A stretch of DNA of 64,000 nt from Candidatus Zambryskibacteria bacterium RIFCSPLOWO2_01_FULL_39_39 (GCA_001823925.1 MHWB01000013.1:9338-73337), one strand, 5' to 3'. Positions 36,915 to 46,149 are shown, counted from the first letter of the stretch. Notes: generated from the letters alone by a model not told the origin. Translations and numbers: made by a program.

Positions 36915-38507
36915 GTGAGACTAGATATAGAAAAAGAAAGTAAACCAGGAGAACATTGGAGTGAAACGGTGGCGCAACAAGTAAAAAAAATATTTCCCAA
37001 CTCTCCGACTTATACCACTGCTGCCGGCATTAGTCCTTCCGGAGTGGTTCATTTTGGCAACTTTAGAGATGTGATAACCTCTTACGCCGTTTATCTACAA
37101 CTAAAATCTCAAGGACTCAACGCTAAATTTATTTTTTCTTGGGACAATTTTGATCGTCTTCGTAAGGTGCCGGCAGGTGTTCCAGAAAATTTTAGCCAAT
37201 ATATTGGTATGCCTCTCTCGGCGATCCCAAGTCCCAAGGAGGGATACAGTTCTTATGCAGAATATTTTCAAAAACCCTTTGAAGAAGCTATGAAAGAATT
37301 AAGTATTGATCTTGAATACAGATATCAAACTGATGAATATAAAAGTGGCCGATATGACGAATTTATTTTTTTGGCCTTAAAAAAAAGAAAAGAAATTGCC
37401 AAAATTTTACTATCTTTAATGACTGAAAAAGGCAAACAAGAAGGAGGAATAGTGGAAGCTGAATATATAGAAAATTATTATCCGATTTCAGTTTATTCCC
37501 ATTTTACCGGTAAAGACTCAACTAAAGTACTTTCTTTTGATGGGAAAAGTTCTATCACTTATCATTGTATAGAAAGTAATAAAACTGAAACTATAGATTT
37601 ATCAAGAGATAGAATTGTCAAACTGGCATGGAAAGTTGACTGGCCGATGAGATGGGGGGTTGAAAACATTGTTTTTGAACCTGGTGGCCATGATCATGCT
37701 TCACCGGGTGGCAGTTTCGATGTTTCTAGTGTTATTGCTAAAGAGATTTTTGGTATTAAGGAGCCAATTTTTGCTGAATATAAATTTGTCGGCATTCAAG
37801 GTGGCGGAGTAAAGATGTCTGGTTCTAAAGGTAATGCCATTTCTCCGACTGAACTTTTGGAAATATATGAGCCGACACTTTTAAAATGGCTTTATATGCG
37901 GAAAAATCCGAGTCAAGCTTTTAGTTTGGCTTTTGATACCGAAATTTATCGACAGTATGATGAGTTTGATAAAGGGGTAAGTTTACCAGAGGAAAGTATG
38001 GCTCTCAAATTGAGTAAAAATCCAAAATATAATAATCCCATTCCTTTTAAGCAGGCAGTGGCTTTAGGCCAGATCACTCAATGGAATGAAGAAAAAATAA
38101 AACATTTAATTTCTGATTTAGGCGTCAATTATGATGAAAAATCGATTCAAGTTAGATTACCTCGTGCTAAAAATTGGCTAGAAAAATATAATCCAGAGGA
38201 AGTCATAAAATTGTTGGATGTTATTAATGTATCTTATATTGTCACTTTGGATGAAAAAACTAAAGAGCAAATAAAAAAATTAAAAAAAGAATTAACCAAA
38301 GAATATTCCTCTATTAAGGAGCTAGAGCTTTTGGTTTATTCTATTCCTAAAGATCCGACTAAAACTGATAAAGAAAATGCGCCGGCTCAAAAAGAATTTT
38401 TCAAACACATCTACAACCTCCTTATCGGTCGTGATGCTGGTCCTAGACTTTCTACTTTCCTCTGGGCGGTTGATCGCGAAAAAGTTTTGAAGTTATTAAA
38501 TATTTAA
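36915..38507 (+). CDS. lysK: Class I lysyl-tRNA synthetase (LysK-type)
   Basis: 530 aa; HFGN (HIGH-like), SWDNFDRLRKVP, KMSGSKGN (KMSKS). Confidence 0.7.
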   Translation: MRLDIEKESKPGEHWSETVAQQVKKIFPNSPTYTTAAGISPSGVVHFGNFRDVITSYAVYLQLKSQGLNAKFIFSWDNFDRLRKVPAGVPENFSQYIGMPLSAIPSPKEGYSSYAEYFQKPFEEAMKELSIDLEYRYQTDEYKSGRYDEFIFLALKKRKEIAKILLSLMTEKGKQEGGIVEAEYIENYYPISVYSHFTGKDSTKVLSFDGKSSITYHCIESNKTETIDLSRDRIVKLAWKVDWPMRWGVENIVFEPGGHDHASPGGSFDVSSVIAKEIFGIKEPIFAEYKFVGIQGGGVKMSGSKGNAISPTELLEIYEPTLLKWLYMRKNPSQAFSLAFDTEIYRQYDEFDKGVSLPEESMALKLSKNPKYNNPIPFKQAVALGQITQWNEEKIKHLISDLGVNYDEKSIQVRLPRAKNWLEKYNPEEVIKLLDVINVSYIVTLDEKTKEQIKKLKKELTKEYSSIKELELLVYSIPKDPTKTDKENAPAQKEFFKHIYNLLIGRDAGPRLSTFLWAVDREKVLKLLNI

Positions 38508-38515
38508 TATAAAAT

Positions 38516-38535
38516 GTAGCGATTAATCGCTACAA
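38516..38535. promoter_or_regulatory. Perfect 20-bp palindrome TGTAGCGATTAATCGCTACA (copy 1), candidate operator
   Basis: exact self-complementary 20-mer; identical copy at 42459-42478. Confidence 0.45.
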
Positions 38536-38569
38536 AAGGAAGAAAAATAGCCTAAATCCGGGCTGTTTT

Positions 38570-38670
38570 TAGTTATCCACTTATCCACAGGTCAAAGTGG
38601 TAGACGAACATAATGAGGTGGTATAAGATGGAACCAAGTGGGAAAAAGTGGATAAGTATTTTAGGTGGTA
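38570..38670 (+). promoter_or_regulatory. mraZ promoter/operator region with phased GTGG(G/T) repeats and GTGGATAAGT repeats
   Basis: GTGG at 38597, 38618, 38638, 38648, 38666 (10-21 bp spacing) as expected for MraZ autoregulatory boxes. Confidence 0.45.
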
Positions 38671-39120
38671 AAAATCAATCAGATGCTCATAGGAGAATAT
38701 ACACACACTATAGATGACAAGAACAGAGTTTCTCTGCCATCTAAGTTTAGATCTCTTATGGGCAAAAAGATTGTGATTACTCCGGGGTTGGATCAGTGTT
38801 TGTTTGCCTTCACCGTCAAAGAATGGGAAAAGATTGCAGGCAAACTATCGGAGAATTCATCAATACTTTCTTCTGATATGCGTAGTTTTGGAAGATATAT
38901 GTTTGGTGGAGCAAGTGAGGTTGAGGTAGATAATATCGGACGAATTTTGGTTCCGGATTTCCTAAGGGAGCGCGCTAATCTCAAAACTAAAGTAGTTTTG
39001 ATAGGGGTGCAAAATCGATTGGAAATATGGAACGAGAAATCGTGGACCGATTATAAGAGACAAGTAGAAAAAAGTGCCGATGGTCTGGCAGAAAAATTAT
39101 CAGGTCTAGGCATAATGTGA
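38665..39120 (+). CDS. mraZ: Transcriptional regulator MraZ (true start likely MLIGEY at ~38683)
   Basis: two MraZ repeats with DxxxR motifs (DDKNRVSLP, DNIGRILVP). Confidence 0.85.
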   Translation: MVKINQMLIGEYTHTIDDKNRVSLPSKFRSLMGKKIVITPGLDQCLFAFTVKEWEKIAGKLSENSSILSSDMRSFGRYMFGGASEVEVDNIGRILVPDFLRERANLKTKVVLIGVQNRLEIWNEKSWTDYKRQVEKSADGLAEKLSGLGIM

Positions 39121-39129
39121 TCCACCACG

Positions 39130-40029
39130 ATGGCTCATGTAAGTGTTCTTTTAAAAGAAGCTATAGACGGACTCTCTCTGGAAGACGGTGATATCTATTT
39201 GGATGCGACCGTCGGGAGTGGTGGCCACATGGAAGAGGTCTGGCAAAGGATGCAAGGAAGAGTAACTCTTACCGGCATTGATGCCGATCTCATGTCTATA
39301 ACAATAACTGAAGAGAAGTTAGCTCTTTCCGGAGCCAAGCCGAAACTTAGGGTGCTCAATTTTAGAAATATTGATAAAGCTCCTGAAATTTTGGACATCA
39401 AAAATCCAACAAAAATCTTATTTGATCTTGGTTGGAGCACTGACCAGTTTGACGAAGGGGGTAGAGGCTTTAGTTTCCAAAAAGATGAACCTCTCATTAT
39501 GACTTTCGCTAGCAAAGCTACTCTAGACGAAACTACTGCTTATGATGTGGTAAATGTCTGGGGTGAAGAAAATCTGGCCGACGTTATTTACGGATACGGT
39601 GAAGAAAGGTACGCCAGAAGAATTGCTAAAGCTATAGTAGAGGCAAGAGGAGAGAAACCGATTGAAACCTCAAAGGAGTTGGCAGAGGTGGTAAAAGCTT
39701 CGGTACCGATATTTTATCGCTTTGGGAGGATTCACCCAGCCACCAGGACTTTCCAAGCCATAAGAATAGCCGTCAATGACGAACTTCAGGCTCTCAGGGG
39801 AGGTTTGGAAAAGGGGTTTGAGATTTTGAAAGAAGGGGGCAAGATGGCCGTGATCTCATTTCATAGCTTGGAAGACAGAATAGTTAAAAACTTCTTCAAA
39901 CAGCAAGTGGCCATGAATAGAGGAAAACTTCTAAACAAAAAGCCAATTGTACCAAGTGAGGAAGAGATAGGTAACAACCCAAGATCTAGAAGTGCCAAAC
40001 TAAGAATACTTCAAAAAATCTCAGCATAA
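39130..40029 (+). CDS. rsmH: 16S rRNA (cytosine1402-N4)-methyltransferase RsmH
   Basis: 299 aa; HVSVLLKEAI, DATVGSGGH SAM motif. Confidence 0.9.
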   Translation: MAHVSVLLKEAIDGLSLEDGDIYLDATVGSGGHMEEVWQRMQGRVTLTGIDADLMSITITEEKLALSGAKPKLRVLNFRNIDKAPEILDIKNPTKILFDLGWSTDQFDEGGRGFSFQKDEPLIMTFASKATLDETTAYDVVNVWGEENLADVIYGYGEERYARRIAKAIVEARGEKPIETSKELAEVVKASVPIFYRFGRIHPATRTFQAIRIAVNDELQALRGGLEKGFEILKEGGKMAVISFHSLEDRIVKNFFKQQVAMNRGKLLNKKPIVPSEEEIGNNPRSRSAKLRILQKISA

Positions 40030-40059
40030 ATACTTCAAAAAATTTCAATATAAATAAAA

Positions 40060-40386
40060 ATGGCCGATATTATAAAACAAAAAACCAAGTCTCTAGTGAT
40101 GCACAAGATCACCAATTATGCGCTAGCTTTTTTTATCTTTGCTCTCGCTTTTTCTTATATATATTTTGCCAATCTGGCTGTCCGCAACCTAACTATCTTA
40201 GAGAAAACAAAAGACAAGAAGCAGTCTTTAAGTGTGACAGTAAGCGAAATGGAATCAAAACGTCTTTCAATAGAAAACACCATGAATATGGAAAAGACGC
40301 TAAGTTTGGGTTTTGTGGAAGTAGAAAATCCTATTTTTATAATGAAGTCTGCTAAAAAGACTACTCTTTCTCTTAAAATAGATTAA
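40060..40386 (+). CDS. ftsL: FtsL-like small bitopic division protein
   Basis: 108 aa, single TM, position between rsmH and ftsI. Confidence 0.4.
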   Translation: MADIIKQKTKSLVMHKITNYALAFFIFALAFSYIYFANLAVRNLTILEKTKDKKQSLSVTVSEMESKRLSIENTMNMEKTLSLGFVEVENPIFIMKSAKKTTLSLKID

Positions 40387-40395
40387 AATAAATAA

Positions 40396-42117
40396 ATGAC
40401 CGGCAGGATTCGTTTTTTATCCATTATTATAATCATGGTGGCGCTCATCATGTCTATTCGTTTGTATTTTGTGCAAATAGTACATGGTAAGTCCTTCACA
40501 ACTCTCGCCGAGAGACAAAATATAAACGAAAATACTATTTCTTATGATAGGGGAGATATTTATTTTGAAAGCAAAGATGGAGAAGTGATACCAGCGGCAG
40601 TTTCTAGGTCTGGTTTTACTGTTGCCATAAATCCTAAAATAATAAAAGATCCAGAAGAGATTTATAAAAATTTGAGTAAGGTTTTGGTCTTGGACAAAGA
40701 AGAGTTTATCACCAAAACTTCAAAGAAGACCGACTCTTATGAAGAAATTGCAAAACATTTAAATACAGAAACAGCTGACAAAATAAAAGCTTTAAATATT
40801 TATGGTGTTACCATTGCAACCGATAAATGGCGTTTCTATCCTGGGGGCAAATTGGCCTCTAGCATTATCGGTTTTGTGGCCTACAACGAAGACGAATTGG
40901 CTGGTCGGTATGGGTTGGAAAGATACTATGAAGATATTTTAAAAAAAGATCCTTCCAAAGCTTATAACAATTTTTTTGCTGAATTTTTTTCTAATGTTAA
41001 AGAATCCCTGTCGCAGTATCCACAAGAGGAAGGTAATATCATCACTTCTATTGAACCGGCAGTGGAGCTTTTCCTTGAAGATGAACTGAAAAATGTCAGG
41101 GAAAAGTGGGGAAGCAATGGGGCGGGTGGCATAATCATAAATCCAATGAATGGAGAGATTGTGGCGATGGCTTGGAACCCGTCTTTTGATTTAAACAATT
41201 TTAAAGAAAGTGATGTCAGTCTTTTCAATAATCCCTTAGTGGAAAATAGATACGAAATGGGTTCTATCATAAAACCTCTCACTATGGCGTCTGGTATTGA
41301 CTTGGGTACAGTTTCGGCAACTAGCACTTATTACGATGCCGGCTTTTTATTTTTAAACAACAAGCGTATTTCAAACTATGACAATAAAGGTAGGGGCACG
41401 GTTAGTATGCAAGAAGTCTTAAATCAATCTTTAAACACAGGCGCTGCCTTTGTGGCGATGAAAATGGGCAATGAAAAATTTAGAGATTATATGAAAAATT
41501 TTAGCGTTGGCACAGAAACTGGTATTGATCTGCCAAATGAAGGTATTGGTCTCACCAACAACCTAGATAGCAAAAGAGATATTGAAATTGTCACCGCCTC
41601 TTATGGTCAAGGAGTGGCTTTTACCCCTATCGCTACCGTCAGGGCTCTCTCGAGTTTGGCCAATGGTGGAGTACTCATCACTCCCCACTTAGTTAAAAAA
41701 ATAGAATACGAAACAGGTCTTTCAAAAAAAGTCTCTTTTGCTCCGGGTAAACAGGTGATCAAAAAAGAGACTTCAGAAGAGATTACTCGAATGTTGGTGG
41801 GGGTCGTCGACAAAGCTTTGCGGGGCGGTACCGCCAAAATACCGGGCTACTCGGTGGCGGCCAAAACTGGTACTGCCCAGATGACAGATGAAGGCAGGGC
41901 GGGCTATGTAGAAGGCAAGTATTTGCATTCTTTCTTTGGATATTTCCCAGCTTATAAGCCTAAGTTTTTAGTTTTTCTTTTTCATATTTATCCCAAAGAT
42001 GTTCGCTATGCTTCTGAGACTCTAACCGACCCATTTTTAAACATTACCAAATTTCTTATAAATTATTACCAAATCCCTCCTGATCGGCCGGAAGATCTCA
42101 GTACTAAACCACAATAA
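40396..42117 (+). CDS. ftsI: Penicillin-binding protein FtsI-like (class B transpeptidase)
   Basis: 573 aa; N-terminal TM, SxxK (GSIIKP), SxN, KTG (KTGTAQ). Confidence 0.85.
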   Translation: MTGRIRFLSIIIIMVALIMSIRLYFVQIVHGKSFTTLAERQNINENTISYDRGDIYFESKDGEVIPAAVSRSGFTVAINPKIIKDPEEIYKNLSKVLVLDKEEFITKTSKKTDSYEEIAKHLNTETADKIKALNIYGVTIATDKWRFYPGGKLASSIIGFVAYNEDELAGRYGLERYYEDILKKDPSKAYNNFFAEFFSNVKESLSQYPQEEGNIITSIEPAVELFLEDELKNVREKWGSNGAGGIIINPMNGEIVAMAWNPSFDLNNFKESDVSLFNNPLVENRYEMGSIIKPLTMASGIDLGTVSATSTYYDAGFLFLNNKRISNYDNKGRGTVSMQEVLNQSLNTGAAFVAMKMGNEKFRDYMKNFSVGTETGIDLPNEGIGLTNNLDSKRDIEIVTASYGQGVAFTPIATVRALSSLANGGVLITPHLVKKIEYETGLSKKVSFAPGKQVIKKETSEEITRMLVGVVDKALRGGTAKIPGYSVAAKTGTAQMTDEGRAGYVEGKYLHSFFGYFPAYKPKFLVFLFHIYPKDVRYASETLTDPFLNITKFLINYYQIPPDRPEDLSTKPQ

Positions 42118-42124
42118 AAAAAGG

Positions 42125-42334
42125 CTTCCAGGGTGCTCTGCTACGTGCACCCCGGGTAGCCTTAGTGACTGACTCAACGAAAGGGCACCACTCCTTTCGT
42201 GCTGAGGATAGTGGGATCGGTACCTCAACATCCAGCGATTATGACCCGTAGTATCCTGCAAAACAGGACCCTTCGTTGGCTGATTATTATTATGCACGAT
42301 ATTTAAATAATTGCAAATGTGTGCCTAAAACACT
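42125..42334. ncRNA. GC-rich structured segment of unknown identity next to tRNA-Glu (candidate small RNA)
   Basis: ~50% GC with multiple hairpins (e.g. acgaaagg-gcaccact-cctttcgt); on minus strand ends in hairpin + T8; no ORF; could not match to SRP, RNase P, tmRNA or 5S consensus. Confidence 0.2.
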
Positions 42335-42336
42335 TG

Positions 42337-42408
42337 TGACGCTACGGGGGATCGGACCCCGATTCCAGCCTTGAGAAGGCTGTGTCCTAACCATTAGACG
42401 ATAGCGCC
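42337..42408 (-). tRNA. tRNA-Glu (anticodon CTC), no encoded CCA
   Basis: minus-strand GGCGCTATCGTCTAATGGTTAGGACACAGCCTTCTCAAGGCTGGAATCGGGGTCCGATCCCCCGTAGCGTCA; D arm GTCTA..GGTTAGGACA is Glu-like; anticodon loop TTCTCAA. Confidence 0.85.
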
Positions 42409-42458
42409 TCAAGTAAAAATAATAACACTAAAATCCATTTATACAAATTTTTTAAACT

Positions 42459-42478
42459 TGTAGCGATTAATCGCTACA
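42459..42478. promoter_or_regulatory. Perfect 20-bp palindrome TGTAGCGATTAATCGCTACA (copy 2)
   Basis: identical to 38516-38535 including 3' AAA flank. Confidence 0.45.
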
Positions 42479-42617
42479 AATAGATAGTATTGCTTTCTGT
42501 TAGTTTTTTTAATTATTATTATACACACCCTCTATTTTATTTCAAAAAATTACGTTGTATAATTTTGGTGTGAATAAATGGTCGAGTAAACTTAATAAAT
42601 ATTAAAAATTAAATCAA

Positions 42618-42806
42618 ATGGGTAAATTAGCACACTGGCTCCTCATTATTGGAGGCCTCAATTGGCTCCTAGTTGGTCTATTGGGTTGGGATATAGGTAA
42701 TTTGTTTGGTGGACAAGAAGCCGTTGTTTCAAGAATTATCTACATTCTAGTTGGTCTCTCGGCTCTCCTCGCTTTGAAACCAAAATCTTCTGCTCCTCAG
42801 ATGTAA
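42618..42806 (+). CDS. DUF378-like small membrane protein
   Basis: 62 aa; LLIIGGLNWLLVGL..D motif and two TM helices. Confidence 0.5.
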   Translation: MGKLAHWLLIIGGLNWLLVGLLGWDIGNLFGGQEAVVSRIIYILVGLSALLALKPKSSAPQM

Positions 42807-42831
42807 ATAAAAATAAATCGGGACTAATTAT

Positions 42832-42892
42832 TTTGCCCCTTACCTTAGACAAGGTGAGGGGCAGTTCCGCTTTAGCGGAACGGGGTGGGGTC
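42832..42892. repeat. Structured GC-rich element: ccccttacctt-agac-aaggtgagggg + cag + gttccgc-ttta-gcggaac + ggggtggggtc
   Basis: same two-hairpin architecture and conserved single-stranded tracts as element at 55089-55140, with compensatory changes in second stem. Confidence 0.5.
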
Positions 42893-42923
42893 TGAAAAGA
42901 TGGGATAAAACTTTGAAGGTGAC

Positions 42924-42977
42924 CTTTTGGAGCAGGGGACAGTTTAAAGGTCACCTTCTCAAAAAAATTTGCTATAA
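42924..42977 (+). promoter_or_regulatory. 13-bp inverted repeat gaaggtgaccttt/aaaggtcaccttc followed by TATAAT (-10), upstream of T4CP-like gene
   Basis: perfect IR with 18-nt loop at 42924-42967, -10 hexamer at 42972-42977, ATG at 42987. Confidence 0.35.
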
Positions 42978-42986
42978 TAAACGGGT

Positions 42987-45743
42987 ATGGAATATAAATT
43001 CCCATTGCCAAAAGAACCTTTTAAAAATAGAGAAGATGAGATCTCTCATTTACGCAAATTGATTGCCGAAAAAGAAAAGAATTTAGAAAACATTGGTTTA
43101 AAAAAAGATTTTTTAACACCAGCCAAAGAGGCTATCACAGAATACAAGACGGCTCCCACCACTTCAGCGCTCCATCCTGAATATGAAATAAAAAAAGAAG
43201 AAATAGACAAAATCGTACTCAAACTTTCTCCCGAAGAGCACGACAAACAAATAAATGAACTGGTAAATTTGGCCAAAGAAAAGGGCATCAAAAACGCTCT
43301 CTCGGTAGTAGAAAAAATGGGTAATTTCCATATTACCGATGATTTCCATCGTTTTATTGCTGAGTATTTGAAAGAAGGTGCTACTCTCCCCGGTATAAAT
43401 ATTAAAGAGAAAATTTCCAAAGGTTTAAATATGTCTCTTTATGAAATTTTAATACCGGAAGAAAATGATAAGAGCGGTGTTAAAAATACTTTAGAAGAAG
43501 TGATCTCCGGAATGGAGCAATTTTATGCTGGCATGCTCTCTATCTCGGACAGCAGTAAGCAAGAGGAAAATTGGATATCTTTAGAGATAGCTAACGCCAA
43601 TTTTTCTCAAGAAATAATTTTTTATGTGGCGGTACCGTCTTTGCGCAAAAGTCTTTTTGAAAAACAAATTCTCTCTATTTTTCACAATGCTAAAATCACC
43701 GAAAAACCAGATGACTACAATATTTTCAATGAAAAAGGTGTGACTTCTGGCGCTTTTGCCTCTTTTTCCAAAAACCCAATTTACCCTATCAAAACTTATG
43801 AAAGCTTTATCCACGATCCGCTCAATGTGATACTTTCTGGTTTTTCAAAAGTAAACAGAGATGGGGAAGGGGCGGCTATCCAACTCATTTGGTCACCCTC
43901 GGGAGACAAATATGTCAAAAAATATAAAAGCGCTTTAGGTAAACACCAAAAGGGCACACCACTCAAAGAGGCCATCGATATCCCCGATGGTGTTTCGGAA
44001 GAAATTTTACACACCTTTAAAGATGTATTCTTCTCGTCTTCAAAGTCTGGAAAGAAAGATGATTTAGATAAAAAAAGAGAAGGCATCGATGAAGGTGCTG
44101 TAGCCGAAATAAACAAAAAAATAACAGCGCCAATCGTTAGGTGCAACTTGCGCCTTCTTACATCTTCAAATACTAAAGAGGAAGCCGAAGAAATCTTAAA
44201 CAGCTTAAAATCGAGTTTCAATCAGTTTGATAATACTTTGGGCAATGCTTTTGAATGGAAAAAGGCAGAAAAGGGTGATTTGCGAAACTTAGTCAAAAAT
44301 TTTAGTTTTCGTATTTTTGATGACTCTTCTGCTTTGCCGATGAACTTGCGAGAAGTGACTTCAATCATGCATTTCCACACCAAAGCTTTGAGCGCTTCCG
44401 AGGGCCTGCGCCAATCTAGATCGGCTACTGCTCCGGCGCCACTCGATATTGGCAAGGAGGGGATACTGCTTGGTGTAAACAACCACCGTAATGAGAAGAC
44501 AGAGATAAAAATAACTGCTGATGATAGGCTGAGGCACTTCTATTGTATCGGACAGACTGGTACTGGTAAGACGACTCTGCTTAAAGAGATGATTATTCAA
44601 GATATGCAAATGGGTCACGGTGTTTGTATGATCGACCCTCACGGCTCTGACCTGCAATCTGTTTTGGCCAATGTGCCACCCGAGCGTTTCGAAGATGTCA
44701 TCTATTTTGATCCGGCATATACCGCGAGGCCCTCGGCTTTAAATATGCTTGAATATGATGAAAATTTCCCAGAGCAAAAAACTTTTGTGGTCAATGAGCT
44801 TTTTAGTATTTTTAGAAAATTATATGGCAATGTCCCAGAATCAATGGGTCCAGCTTTTGAACAATATTTTAGAAACTCGGCGCTTTTGGTGATGGACGAT
44901 CCAAGTTCAGGTAATACTCTAGTTGATATGTCGCGGGTGCTGTCAAACAAAGCTTACAGAGACCTCAAAATATCTAAATGTAAAAATCCTCTGGTGAAGC
45001 AGTTTTGGGTCAATGCCGAAAAGACGACCGGCGAGCAAGGTTTGTCCAACTATGTACAGTATGTTACCAACAAATTTGATGTCTTTTTGGCAAACGATAT
45101 TATGCGACCAGTTATTGCTCAAGAAAAATCTTCTTTTAATTTCCGCGATATTATGGACAATAAAAAAATACTTCTGGTCAATCTTTCTAAAGGCAGGCTG
45201 GGGGATATCAATGCAAATTTAATAGGACTTATTTTGGTGGGTAAGATACTCATTGCCGCCCTTTCTAGGGTGGATAGTTTTGGCAAAGATTTTCCGCCTT
45301 TCTATCTATATATAGATGAGTTTCAAAATATTACTACCGACTCCATCTCCACCATTTTATCTGAAGCCAGAAAATATAAACTTTCTTTAAACATTGCTCA
45401 CCAATTTATTGCTCAATTGGAAAAGGGTATTAGCGATGCCGTCTTTGGCAACGTCGGCTCCATATGCGCCTTCAGAGTAGGAGCCGAAGATTCTGAGACT
45501 TTGGAGAGTCAATTTGTACCCACTTTCTCTAGTAACGACCTAATGAATATAGACAATTATAATGCTTACTTGAGACTTCTGGTAAATGGCAAACCGGCCA
45601 AACCCTTCAATATAGAAGTGCCACCACCACCCTCGGGGGACATAAATCAGGTAGAAAAACTTAAAGAAATGTCATATCTCAAATACGGCAAACCTCGCGA
45701 AGAGATAGAGAAGCTCGTAATGGAAAAATATAAAATAGCCTAA
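42987..45743 (+). CDS. Soluble TraD/VirD4/TrwB-like P-loop NTPase with ~500-aa non-ATPase N-terminal region
   Basis: 918 aa; Walker A IGQTGTGKTT followed by MIDPHGSDL, Walker B YLYIDEFQN, C-terminal KYKLSLNIAHQF...FRVGAEDSETL like coupling-protein all-alpha/TraM-recognition region; no TM helices. Confidence 0.5.
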   Translation: MEYKFPLPKEPFKNREDEISHLRKLIAEKEKNLENIGLKKDFLTPAKEAITEYKTAPTTSALHPEYEIKKEEIDKIVLKLSPEEHDKQINELVNLAKEKGIKNALSVVEKMGNFHITDDFHRFIAEYLKEGATLPGINIKEKISKGLNMSLYEILIPEENDKSGVKNTLEEVISGMEQFYAGMLSISDSSKQEENWISLEIANANFSQEIIFYVAVPSLRKSLFEKQILSIFHNAKITEKPDDYNIFNEKGVTSGAFASFSKNPIYPIKTYESFIHDPLNVILSGFSKVNRDGEGAAIQLIWSPSGDKYVKKYKSALGKHQKGTPLKEAIDIPDGVSEEILHTFKDVFFSSSKSGKKDDLDKKREGIDEGAVAEINKKITAPIVRCNLRLLTSSNTKEEAEEILNSLKSSFNQFDNTLGNAFEWKKAEKGDLRNLVKNFSFRIFDDSSALPMNLREVTSIMHFHTKALSASEGLRQSRSATAPAPLDIGKEGILLGVNNHRNEKTEIKITADDRLRHFYCIGQTGTGKTTLLKEMIIQDMQMGHGVCMIDPHGSDLQSVLANVPPERFEDVIYFDPAYTARPSALNMLEYDENFPEQKTFVVNELFSIFRKLYGNVPESMGPAFEQYFRNSALLVMDDPSSGNTLVDMSRVLSNKAYRDLKISKCKNPLVKQFWVNAEKTTGEQGLSNYVQYVTNKFDVFLANDIMRPVIAQEKSSFNFRDIMDNKKILLVNLSKGRLGDINANLIGLILVGKILIAALSRVDSFGKDFPPFYLYIDEFQNITTDSISTILSEARKYKLSLNIAHQFIAQLEKGISDAVFGNVGSICAFRVGAEDSETLESQFVPTFSSNDLMNIDNYNAYLRLLVNGKPAKPFNIEVPPPPSGDINQVEKLKEMSYLKYGKPREEIEKLVMEKYKIA

Positions 45744-45777
45744 TAAAAAAGCGTCCACCAAACTTTCTGGTGGGACG

Positions 45778-46149
45778 CTAGCCGGGGTAAGGATGAGTGT
45801 CGATGAGTTTCATCTGCTCTTCCATACTCACGGCTCGGTGTTTTGAGGTTCGCTCTATGGCGCTTTGTCGCACCATTTTGTTTCGGCGCCTGATCCCCGA
45901 TCTGATACCGAGTCTTTCCCCGATAAGCTTTTTGGCTTCATCGATCTCAAATTCACAAAAGTAATCCCCGGTTACTTCCGTGAATGCCTCATGAAATCCC
46001 ATCCTCTGTCGCATCAAATCTGCGATCCCACTTACGTGAGATGTAAGGATCTTCATCTTCACCTCCATTTCTACTACCATTATACCATGCCTACATTTCT
46101 TGTCAACCAGCAGTTGTGGATATCTCACTCCCTCATTATAAACAAACAA
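45778..46149 (-). CDS. Hypothetical protein in higher-GC islet
   Basis: 123 aa ORF, no motif recognised. Confidence 0.3.
   Translation of the reverse strand: MFVYNEGVRYPQLLVDKKCRHGIMVVEMEVKMKILTSHVSGIADLMRQRMGFHEAFTEVTGDYFCEFEIDEAKKLIGERLGIRSGIRRRNKMVRQSAIERTSKHRAVSMEEQMKLIDTHPYPG

Noticed and set aside
42125-42334. SRP (4.5S), RNase P, tmRNA or 5S RNA identity for the GC-rich region next to tRNA-Glu
   Set aside because: None of the conserved cores I can recall (GGAAGCAGCC helix 8, GGAAAGUCCGG P4, the tmRNA tRNA-like 3' end, 5S loop motifs) could be found on either strand.
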